A model generated the notes under the pieces. It worked only from the letters and a program-made list of their open reading frames with translations. It ran no database searches and had not been told where the DNA came from. Source: Eledone cirrhosa (lineage: Eukaryota). From it: 64,000 nucleotides of DNA. The position numbers and the translations under genes are program-made. Below, piece after piece: positions 14,126-27,054 of this stretch. The stretch spans positions 396,180,001 to 396,244,000 of the forward strand of contig OZ024740.1 of the NCBI GenBank assembly GCA_964016885.1. The letters are read 5' to 3'. Positions within the stretch are counted from its first letter, which is position 1, and each line of letters starts with the position of its first letter.

Positions 14126-14654
14126 ATCTTATCAGTGTATATCACTATGTTGAGCATGTTGTCCTAACCTTTAGAACATACACATACAATGTACATTTTA
14201 AAAGCTGTGTTTTAAAAAGAGGGAAAATGACAACTACCAGTGATCAGAATATGTACAAAATTATCTGATCAGAGAAAAAAACGTGCCTCTCTATGCTCAG
14301 CCTATGTTTTCAGGACATATTCAGTTCTAACTCCAAGATGTGTTTTCAATATCTTTTACATGATTCAGATCACCTTACATTACCACTACCCACATTACTA
14401 CAGTCATATTTAAATCAAAATCTTCACTGAGATCTCATATTACATCATTATAGGTAGACAGAAGGAACTTTTATAAAGTTGTATTTTAAAATATCAGCTT
14501 AGTATACTAATAATTAAATAGATAAATGCAATAAATCTGATTGATTGATTGTTATCAATAAGATTTAATGCATAAATGAGACATATCAAAAGATGAATGT
14601 TTTTTGTTTTTCTTTGAAAATGAAGGAAAAAATACATCATAACAGCTTGAAAGT

Positions 14655-14660
14655 TTTATT
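14655..14660 (-). terminator. Candidate polyadenylation signal AATAAA closing a minus-strand U-rich region
   Basis: TTTATT on plus at the edge of a 4.6-kb A-rich, TE-poor stretch; U-rich tract follows on the minus strand. Confidence 0.35.
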
Positions 14661-17439
14661 TTACAAAATCATATCCATCAAGAAATAGTCAACAAGATCA
14701 ACCAAAACAACAAACAAAAGAACAATTCTGTATTTGGCACTAAAACTGGGCAATAAGTAATAAAGCTGTGACCCATTCTTCTGCATGTGTGTATGGTGTG
14801 TGTGTGTGTGTATGTTTGGCTAAGTTATCAATTCTTATATACTTTTACTAGTTTCAATCATTAGACTGCAGTCATTCTGGGCACTGCCTTTATAACAGGA
14901 ATACTTGTATTTTAGTCTGATATTTATTTTATCAATATGTATTTACTGAACCACTAAGTGATATTAAAAGCTACAATAGCTTTTAGACTAAACATAAACA
15001 CATACATACACACACACCCGATACATACACACACACACACATACTGAGCTTCTAAACAATTTGTGTTTACCAAATCCTCCTCACAATGTAGTGGTTAACT
15101 TGAGGCTGTAGTAGAAGACAATTTGTCAGGGTACCACACACTGGGTTCAAAATTGGAAGCATGTGGTTGCAAAGCAAACTTAACCACACAGCCACGCTTG
15201 TTTAGAAAATAATTCTGAATTAAAGTAACAAAGAAATACACTATTCTAAATGGTGGTACAAAAGTTGTTTCTGTGTAGATTTTTGGAAATATTTCTAAAT
15301 ACACCTAGAAACAGACACAGACACACACGGTTGGACACAATAAATGTACATAGCAGAAGTGTGAAAGCTGTTTAAGTAATGAGGTCTTAACATAAACAGA
15401 TACAGAACTGTTCTTTAAATGACATCTAGTATAGCTGAAAGTGTCAGACTGAAGTAATCAAGATGGCAACATCTCTTGAACAGAAAATACAATTGGGAAA
15501 CAGTTGTTGAAGGTTTGGCTTAGTAACAATTATGGAAACTAAAAGAATTTGTCAACTAGTCTATTTTTACATCATTGGCATGTGACATGTTATCTTTCAT
15601 GCAACATTACTGATAACAGGTATACACTGATATCAGCTACTGGTGTCACACTACTATATCATTGTCAACAATTCTGGATGACAAAATTGTAACACAAGCT
15701 GTACATGGTATTGATAGCTAGTTGTTGAATCCCCTATCAAGACCAGTAAGTTGGTCTTCCAACAGTTCACAAAAATAAACTTCTAATTTCAAGAGCCAGA
15801 AAATATTGCAGAAGAAAAGGAAATTTTAATTTCATTTTGTTTCAATATAATATCTTTAAAATATATTATATAACTTTAAAATTTTAAGAACAAAGATATT
15901 TTAGAAAATGTTTTTGCCAAGTGGGGCATTTTCTTTCCTTTAAACCAGTTCATATGGTATTTTTCTGTTATTTTTTCTTTACAAGTATATAAAGAGATGT
16001 TCAAATAAGTACATCAACTAAGATAACTAGGACTCAATGAGATAAAAAAATAATTTTAAAAAAACATCAAGAAAAGAACAAATTGCATTTTGCATGATAA
16101 GTTGATATTTGAGTTTGTGATTGAACAGCATCTTAGAGTTAGGGCAAATTACCATGTTAAAAAGCCTGAAAAATAAATCTGAAAGAAATTCACCCAACAC
16201 CCTTTTATACAGGCATGCTGTTAAGACTTCAAAAATTCAGAAAAAATATGTCATCCGTTCATAAAATCTTTAAAAAATAAAAGAACAAAGCATTGGTTTG
16301 ATGTAGATCAACCAAGATCACATATCCCCTTGAAACATATACAATGTAAAAATCAGGGAAATACTATGTTATACAAGTTTGTATGTTGTGTATGCAGGTG
16401 AATGTTAGTGTATTGATATATGTATTTGTATGTAGCAAACCTGAGAGTTTGTTGAGAGGTGTCAGACATACAATAATATTTCATTGTCTTTTATGATGTA
16501 TAGAATGAATTAAAAAATATTAAATTGACAGAGCAGTGTAACCTACTGGTTAGTTTAGAGCAGATATACTAGCGGAATATAAGACGAAGATATCCAAAGT
16601 AGGACAGAAATGAAATCAAATTTCCAACATATAATAATAATGAATTCAGAAGAAAGATGGAATAACAACCTGATTAAAGAGACAATTAATTGGAATAGAA
16701 TGTGTATATAACACAGCAACCAACTTGAAAAGTCCACACAACTAATACATAGACATGCGGAAGAAAGAAAAAAATAAAAGACTGACACAGCAGTCTTTAT
16801 AAAGTGTCCACAATATTTGAAGCATCGCTCTTATACAGCAACTCTCAAATACCAACTCCATGTATTAAAAGCAATATACAGCAGAAAATGTCTGGCTTTT
16901 GAAAACTGCTTGAACTAGTTTCTGACAGCACAGACCAAAATAACTTGTATCATGACATATATAAAGTATATATACATACTAGACAGCACTAAATGAAACT
17001 TCATTATCTTACAATTCTGTGGAAATGTGCAACAGCCAACTATTTCAATATTGGTACAATTCCCACACCTAATTGCTTCACAAAATTTTTCAGAAACTGA
17101 ATAGAAAATACAAATTCTATTCCCAAGTGTTGCTAAATACCAAACAAATTGAATTTTTTTTTTTTTCAATATTTACAATCAAACCATGCTCCAAAAGTGA
17201 CTGAAGCATAGAAAAATACCAAAAACTCATACTGTAGATATTAACAAAGAACTAAGAAAATCTACAATTAAATAGTATATTCTACATTCATACATTAGAT
17301 AAAATAATGAGATATTATTATTGGTACTATAATAATAATAATAATAATTGTTTCTACGTTAGGCACAAGGCCAACAATTACCCAGTGTATTACTGGTACT
17401 TTATTTTATCGACCCCGTAAGGATGAAAGGCAAAGTTAA

Positions 17440-17474
<35 letters not shown>

Positions 17475-19900
17475 TTGTTTTCCACCAAAAGCCAAAGAGG
17501 CAACAGTTGATGGAAAGCTGAAAAAAGTGTGCTGCTGTATCTGCAACTTTTCACAGAGTTGCCAGTGGACTGAATTGGTTTGAATGTCAAGTAATCATTG
17601 AATAATCTCAAAAAAGTGTACAGCATGACAGATGCATGCTGTTAGAAAAGTTTCAATGGCAGAAATGATCTGCTCCTCAAAAACTTGATATTCAACCATA
17701 GAAATAGATTGTGTGGAAGCTAAGTTGGTCGTCTGACCTCATATTTGCCACTTAGTAGGCTAGATTGTGAACACATACATGCAATTTACTTTTGCTCACC
17801 TTTGGTTTATCATTTCATAATGAAGGAGACAAAGAGATCTCTAAGCAGTATGGACTGCACATCTTAGGGAGGTTTTAATGACCCCACCACATCTTAATCA
17901 TTATTGTCTCATCTCTTCCCAGTGTTGAACTCTGCAAGTTGTGATAAAAGCTTCAGTGTTTAATCCCATCCAAAAGAAATATTTGCATAGAATATTGCAC
18001 CTGAAGACTATCAGAGAATATATTGATCAAAGAATATAAACAATAACCCAAAAGATTAGTTTTAATCTTTACCACTCATTATTTATGTCAGACATAGAGA
18101 AATGTAATTAAGACATCTTGATTTCAAAACCAGACATGATGGATAGGGTGTTAAAATAGCACAACTTTGTATATTTTACTCTGCCCAAAGTTGTATAATC
18201 CAAGTTAAAATGACATGTCACAAAATTATATAACTCAACACGTTACAAAGATTTATTACACCTTATCATGGGGGATGGGTACCAAATGTGTTGCTGATTT
18301 GTATCCAATCTCTTATTGTACTCTTGGTTACAAGTGAACATTCAGAAAGAGCAGATTCAAGTCATGTAAAAACATTTGATGTACAAACAAAAATGGGAGG
18401 GGAGACAGACATAAATGCAGAGATTACAGAAAAGAATGTGAGACTAAGTTAAAAGGCTTCATAGTGGCTTGATTTAGAAGAAGAAGCTAAATTGTGACTC
18501 CCTTATACCATACAAATTGTAACCTAAAAGATAGAAAAGTACTTTTATAACATCCCATTCAGGAAATGAATAGTGCTAAAAAATAAATCACGGCTAATAA
18601 AAAGATTGATATAAGGTTAAACTAGAAAGAGACTTGAACTGAAGTAATAAGAATGTATTTTAACCTATGTAAAAAGGGAAAAAAAACAGTAAAGACAACC
18701 ACTTTCAGGAATACTATTATGTAAATATATTTTAATAAGTATGACATGACAATCTATAAACTTTGGAGAAGCAGGGAAAAAGAGAAAAAACTTTTGGTAC
18801 ACTCTAACAGATGAGAAAGAGAGGAAGGAAATGGACGGCGAGCAGATTGGTTGATAGTAATACAGATAAATTAATAAGTAGGTTTTAAATTTGACTATAA
18901 TTAAAGTTAAATCAAGAGAGGAAAAACAAAAAAGAAAGAACTAGCTTTCTTTTACAGAAAACTTCATTGAAACAAGCAGAAAAAGTGGATTTGTCTATGT
19001 GAGTAAAAAAAAAAGATTTAAAAAAAATTGTGCTCTTACAGACAAAATTGAATTTTCTTTTCCATGAAATAAAAAAAACACAAGTTACAGTTGCAGGAGA
19101 TAAACAATGAAGGAGTGGAGTGTAAGGAAAAGGATGGCAGAAAGGGAGAAATAGAAAAATAATCTAGAGCACCATAGTGATTGCTGAGCAGTGATCATGA
19201 AATCAATATATATATGAAGAGTTGAATATAATGTATATCAATATAAAGATGCTATGTGGGTGTACATTATACACACACACACAAACAAACATATACTCCC
19301 ATACATATCTGTATATACACACTGTATGTATAAATACAGATATATTATCATGGCTGTAATAACTATGATATAAACATGCATACAGACAAAAAGCACGGTC
19401 CCATTACATTTATTATACAACAAATATATAATTAGTATATCAATGAGTATATCCAAAGTCCCCACACACAGATGAAATATATCAATATATAATATAAACA
19501 GGTTATATATATTATATATGAAATAATTATAACACACACACACATTATATATATATATATATATCATCATCAGGCTTTCCTGATATTTCTTTTGAATGAA
19601 ACAGTTCTCGTCCTGTAGAAACCGTTTCTATATGATGATTACACTCTACTAATGTATTGAGTACCTTACTAAATGTGGTTACCCCTGATTGAATCTGGGA
19701 ATGGTGCCAAGACCAGGGTGACCACAATTCAAGGTAGTACTCTAAAAATATATTTCAAGGGTACACACATATATATAATACATATATATACACGTATATA
19801 CACATATATATAATACACATATGTATATATATATACACGCACATATATATATACATGTATATACACGCACACATATATACACATATATATACACACACGG

Positions 19901-19931
<31 letters not shown>

Positions 19932-20386
19932 CAAATATATACACATATATAGATATATATTACATATAATATATAAATGAAAGAATTACGAAAGAGAATA
20001 CAGACTATTAGAACATGTTTATACAATAAGCACCAATGGTGCTTATTGTATAAACATGTTCTAAATATTAACGCTTCCAATATTTAACCCTGTAGCCACA
20101 AGTATTGAGCACAAATGCACAAGCTTATGGCAACTAACTATATGTATCGCTTATCCCTTTAAAGCTTCTACTCTCTCACGATACTAAAATATTCTATATA
20201 TTAAATATATATATATTACATATAATATATATATATATTACATATAATATATATGTCCTGCAGGACAAAAAACAAACCTGACAAAAGGCGGAAGAATTCA
20301 TAAGAGTAAACGGCCATCCAAATATGTGTAAATATGTATATATACACATGTACATATGTATGTGTATGTATATGCGTGTGTATATG

Positions 20387-21030
20387 CCTGGGGTGTCAGG
20401 GAGGTGCATGTTCCTCTGTAGGGGGGGTTAGCCATGCTCTTTTCAAGACAGCTCGTCCTGCATTGGGTCCCACCTGATACTCAGCTCTCACCTGTGGTCC
20501 CAAGAAGCTGTAGCATGCGACAGTGACCACACCCCGGTAAACCGCCTTGGCTGGCGGGGCGAACCTGGTTGAGGGTAGCCAGATAGGTCTGAAACCCCCC
20601 TGGTGAGTTAGATAGGGGATGCCTACCCGTGCATGCGAAGACTGGACCCGGCAGAGTGAGTGGAGGAGGACAACATCGTCCCAACGGTCACAAAGGCGGC
20701 GACAACAAGCGGTGTGGAGCGCTAGGGCACGGCAAGGCACTACAGACCTGAAAGTCCCTGGTTGTGACGGTCCTCCGTACCACCAGATGCTGACTTCTAC
20801 GGCCGAGTGAGTGGGACCGTCACTGTGCACTGGCCCTCCTACTATAAACCTTTCCCGCACAGGTTTCTTCTTTAGCGTGCACTCCCAAAGCCCTGCGGCG
20901 ATGGGTGAAAGGTGGAGACCCAAGCGACTTCGGTCTCTTCCCCTGCCCCCAAGCGTCCCCGGACCTGCCTCCACAGTCACCTTCGCGCCCAGGGCAGACG
21001 GGAACAACAATGAAGAAGATGTCATCATCG
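20387..21030 (+). mobile_element. GC-rich non-autonomous element resembling an RTE/BovB-type LINE 5' UTR
   Basis: About 60% GC, CpG-rich island in (TA)n; CTCTCACCTGTGG..GACCACACCCCGG..GGTTGAGGGTAGCC recalled from RTE 5' UTRs; short GAA/GAT/CAT-type tail. Confidence 0.5.
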
Positions 21031-21083
21031 TATACATATATATATATAATGCAAATATATATATATATATATATAATATATAT

Positions 21084-21154
<71 letters not shown>

Positions 21155-21162
21155 ATATATAT

Positions 21163-21226
<64 letters not shown>

Positions 21227-21463
21227 TATATATATAATATATATATATATATATAATACATATATATATATATACATAATACATATATATATATAAATAT
21301 ATATAATACATATATATAATACATATATATAATACATATATATATAATACATATATATATATATATATAATACATATATATATATATAATACATATATAT
21401 AATACATATATATATAATACATATATATATATAATACATGTATATAATACATATATATATATA

Positions 21464-21501
<38 letters not shown>

Positions 21502-21546
21502 CATATATATATATATATAATACATATATATATATATAATACATAT

Positions 21547-21580
<34 letters not shown>

Positions 21581-21599
21581 ATACATATATATATATAAA

Positions 21600-21631
<32 letters not shown>

Positions 21632-21700
21632 TACATATATATATATATATGTATATTATATATTATATATATATATATGTATATATATGTATTATATATA

Positions 21701-21777
<77 letters not shown>

Positions 21778-21779
21778 GT

Positions 21780-21842
<63 letters not shown>

Positions 21843-21861
21843 ATATATATATATATATATA

Positions 21862-21892
<31 letters not shown>

Positions 21893-21962
21893 ATATATAT
21901 ATATATATATAATACATATATATATAATACATATATATAATACATATATATATATATATAAA

Positions 21963-21998
<36 letters not shown>

Positions 21999-22068
21999 CA
22001 TATATGTATATATAATACATATATATATATATATATATAATAAATATATATATATATATATATATATA

Positions 22069-22102
<34 letters not shown>

Positions 22103-22783
22103 CATATATATATATATATATATATAATACATATATATATATATAATACATATATATATATATATAATGGAGGCACATGGGTTAGTGGTTAGAGCATTGG
22201 CCTTGCAATCGAAAGGTTGTGAGCTCAAATCTCAGACCGGGTGATGTGTTGTTTCCTTGAGCAAGACACTTTATTTCACATTGCTCCAGTTTCCTCAGCT
22301 ATAGAAATGAGATGATAGGGACTGGGGTCCCTATCATTCCACTGCAAAGTGGTCGTGGAGGTGCCATGGCAAAAAAGCACCCAGCACTCACTGTAAAAGA
22401 GGTTGGTGTTAGGAAGGGCAACCAGCTGTAGAAATCAAGCCAGAATCTGTTCCTGTCACACCCTTGCAAGCGGGGAAAAGCGGACGTAAAAATGAAATGA
22501 AAAATGAAATGAATGAATACATATATATATAATACATATATATATATATATAATACATATATATATATATATATATATATACAATACATATATATATATA
22601 TGTAATATATATATATATACAATACATATATATATATATATAATATATATATATATATAATACATATATATAATACATATATATATATATAATACATATA
22701 TATATATATATAATACATATATATAGATATATAATACATATATATATATATAATACATATATATAGATATATAATACATATAT

Positions 22784-22815
<32 letters not shown>

Positions 22816-23832
22816 ATACATATATATATATAATACATATATATATAGAGAGATAATACATATATATATATAATACATATATATATATATATAATACATA
22901 TATATATATAATACATATATATATAAATATAATACATATATATATATATATAATACATATATATATATATAATACATATATATATATATATAATACATAT
23001 ATATATATATATATAATACATATATATATATATATAATACATATATATATATATGTATATATAATACATATATATATATATATATAATACATATATATAT
23101 ATATATACCTTTGCAAGCAGGGAAAAAGCGGACATAAAATGAAATGATGATGATGATGATAAATACATATATATATATATATAATACATATATATATCTA
23201 TATAATACATATATATATCTATATATATAATACATATATATATATATAATACATATATATATATATTATATATATATATATAATACATATATATATATAT
23301 AATACATATATATATATATAATACATATATATATATATAATACATATATATATATATAATACATATATATATATATAATACATATATATATATATGTAAT
23401 ACATATATATATATGTAATACATATATATATATGTATGTAATACATATATATATATAATACATATATATATATATATGTAATACATATATATATATATGT
23501 AATACATATATATATATATGTAATACATATATATATATAATACATATATATATATATATAATACATATATATATATATATGTAATACATATATATATATA
23601 TATATATAATACATATATATATATATAATACATATATATATATATATAATACATATATATATATATATATAATACATATATATATATAATACATATATAT
23701 ATATAATACATATATATATATAATACATATATATATATAATACATATATATATATAATACATATATATATATATAATACATATATATATATATAATACAT
23801 ATATATATATATATAATACATATATATATATA

Positions 23833-23866
<34 letters not shown>

Positions 23867-23963
23867 CATATATATATATATAATACATATATATATAATA
23901 CATATATATATATAATACATATATATATATAATACATATATATAATACATATATATATATATA

Positions 23964-24034
<71 letters not shown>

Positions 24035-24069
24035 CATATATATATATATAATACATATATATATATATA

Positions 24070-24109
<40 letters not shown>

Positions 24110-24410
24110 CATATATATATATATATAATACATATATATATATATAATACATATATATATATATAATACATATATATATATATATATAATACATATATAT
24201 ATATATATATAATACATATATATATATAATACATATATATATATATATAATACATATATATATATATATATAATACATATATATATATATATATATAATA
24301 AATATATATATATATATATATAATAAATATATATATATATATATATAATAAATATATATATATAATACATATATATATATATATATAATACATATATATA
24401 TATATATATA

Positions 24411-24452
<42 letters not shown>

Positions 24453-24819
24453 CATATATATATATATATAATACATATATATAATACATAAATATATATA
24501 ATACATATATATATATATATATAATACATATATATATAATACATAAATATATATAATACATAAATATATATAATACATATATATATATATAATACATATA
24601 TATATATATATAATACATATATATATATATAATACATGAATATATATAATACATAAATATATATAATACATATATATATATAATACATATATATATATAT
24701 AATACATATATATATATATAATACATATATATATATATAATACATATATATATATATAATACATATATATATATATAATACATATATATATATATAATAC
24801 ATATATATATATATTATAT

Positions 24820-24853
<34 letters not shown>

Positions 24854-25433
24854 ATACATATATATATATATATATAATACATATATATATATATAATACA
24901 TATATATATATAATACATATATATATATAATACATATATATATATAATACATATATATATATATATATAATACATATATATATATATAATACATATATAT
25001 ATATATATATAATACATATATATATATATAATACATATATATATATATAATACATATATATATATATAATACATATATATATATATAATACATATATATA
25101 TATATATAATACATATATATATATATAATACATATATATATATATATAATACATATATATATAATACATATATATATATATGTATATAATACATATATAT
25201 ATAATACATATATATATATATGTATATAATACATATATATATAATACATATATATATATATATATATAATACATATATATATATATGTATATAATACATA
25301 TATATATATATATATATAATACATATATATATATATATATTTAATACATATATATATATGTATTATATATATATATATAATACATATATATATATAATAC
25401 ATATATATATAATACATATATATATATAATACA

Positions 25434-25472
<39 letters not shown>
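21031..25472. repeat. (TA)n-TAATACA satellite block 1 (interrupted by a SINE and a SINE tail)
   Basis: Hundreds of units TAATACA(TA)n directly visible. Confidence 0.97.
22169..22515 (+). mobile_element. tRNA-derived SINE, full length
   Basis: A-box TAGTGGTTAGAGC, B-box-like GAGCTCAAAT, CORE-like CCTTGAGCAAGACACTTT, RTE-derived tail. Confidence 0.9.
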
Positions 25473-25473
<1 letters not shown>

Positions 25474-25741
25474 GACTGAGGTGGTATGGACATGTGATGC
25501 GCATGGAGGATGACCGATGGGTGAAGAAGTGCCAGGAATTGCCAGTTGAAGGAAGAAGTGGTAGAGGTAGACCACGAAAAACATGGGCGGAAGTGGTGAG
25601 AACAGACCTCAGATCATAGAAGCTCACGGTGGAGATGACGAGGGACCGTGACGAGTGGAGAGATGCTGTGCTGAATAAGACCCGTCCCACCCTTGCAAGC
25701 AGGGAAAGGCGGACGTAAAATGATGATGATGATGATGATGA
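25473..25741 (+). mobile_element. RTE LINE family B 3' end
   Basis: RLRWYGHVMRMEDDRWVKKCQELPVEGRSGRGRPRKTW..., then CCCGTCCCACCCTTGCAAGCAGGGAAAGGCGGACGTAAAA(TGA)n. Confidence 0.9.
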
Positions 25742-25760
25742 TATATATATATATATTGAT

Positions 25761-26074
25761 TTCATTCAATTTCATTTTATGTCCGCTTTTTCCCTGCTTG
25801 CAAGGGTGGGACAGGAACCTGATTCTGGCTTGATTTCTACAGCTGGATGCCCTTCCTAACACCAACCTCATTTACAGTGAGTGCTGGGTGCTTTTTTGCC
25901 GTGGAATGATAGGGACCCCTGCCTCTATCATCTCATTTCTACAGCTGAGTAAACTGGAGCAATGTGAAATAAAGTGTCTTGCTCAAGGAAATAACACACC
26001 ACCCGGTCTGAGAATTGAACTCACAACCTTTCGATTGCAAGGCCAATGCTTTAACCACTAAGCCATGTGCCTCC
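25761..26074 (-). mobile_element. tRNA-derived SINE (internal deletion)
   Basis: Reverse complement of the family at 22169 and 26109. Confidence 0.9.
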
Positions 26075-26108
26075 ATATATATATATATATACATATATAC
26101 ATATATAA

Positions 26109-26443
26109 TGGAGGCACATGGCTTAGTGGTTAGAGCATTGGCCTTTCAATGGAAAGGTTGTGAGTTCAATTCTCTGACCGGGTGATGTGTTGTTTCCTTG
26201 AGCAAGACACTTTATTTCACATTGCTCCAGTTTACTCAGCTGTAGAAATGAGATGATAGGACTGGGGTCCATATCATTCCACTGCAAAGTGGTCGTGGAG
26301 GTGCCACGGCAAAAAAGCACCCAGCACTCACTGCAAATGAGGTTGGTGTTAGGAAGGGCATCCAGCTATAGAAATCAAGCCAGAATCAGTTCCCATCCCA
26401 CCCTTGCAACCAGGGAAAAAGCGGACGTAAAATGACGATGATT
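26109..26443 (+). mobile_element. tRNA-derived SINE, full length
   Basis: Same family; head-to-head with 25761-26074. Confidence 0.9.
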
Positions 26444-26828
26444 ATCATATATAATACATATATAGTAAAATAACGGAGCAAAGGACTGGCGTACAATCCT
26501 GTAATTAAATTAGCTCAAAGGAAAGAGTTTTCCTGGGCACTTTAAAATACAATATATAGAGGGGAAATTCCTGTAAAGAAAAACACACTCTTCTGTGTCT
26601 TTCCTCTCTATATATTGTATAATACACATATATATAATACATATATATATATATAATATATATAATACATATATATATATATATAATACATATATATATA
26701 TATATATAATACATATATAATATATATATATATAATACATGTATAATATATATATATAATACATATATAATATATATATATAATACATATATAATACATG
26801 TATAATACATATATATATATATATATAG

Positions 26829-27005
26829 GAACGAGTAGGACCCCGACAGGTGAGCTCAAGCCGTTTCGACGGCTAATTAGCCGTCGAAATGGCTTCAGCT
26901 CAGCCGTCAGTCTCCTACTTGTTCTTATTACCCACTCTACTACCCTAAGTATTGAGTACTTTGGTGCGTTATGGTCCACCTGGTCCTTACCACATTTCCT
27001 TTGTT
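26829..27005. repeat. Palindromic dispersed repeat (second partial copy 39224-39319)
   Basis: About 96-bp imperfect palindrome 26829-26924 around perfect TTTCGACGGCTAATTAGCCGTCGAAA; right arm and flank align with 39224-39319. Confidence 0.75.
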
Positions 27006-27054
27006 ATATATATATAATACATATATAATACATATATATATATATATAATATAT

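Noticed and set aside
19561-19600. Hammerhead ribozyme from GAAA..CUGAUGA on minus
   Set aside because: Stems I and III cannot be formed around the core
19690-19711. miR-96/263-like seed CUUGGCAC on minus
   Set aside because: Falls in the loop of the hairpin rather than an arm, and the rest does not match
19545-19741. Coding exon [14 protein letters not shown]... (and TYWGIGCLPGISW... at 33560)
   Set aside because: No recognisable homology, phase does not fit the TMCO6 exon 12 donor, and the sequence is better explained by hairpins
22169-22240. tRNA gene (also 26109, 30638, 51863)
   Set aside because: A/B boxes are SINE heads with no acceptor stem closure; always followed by SINE body
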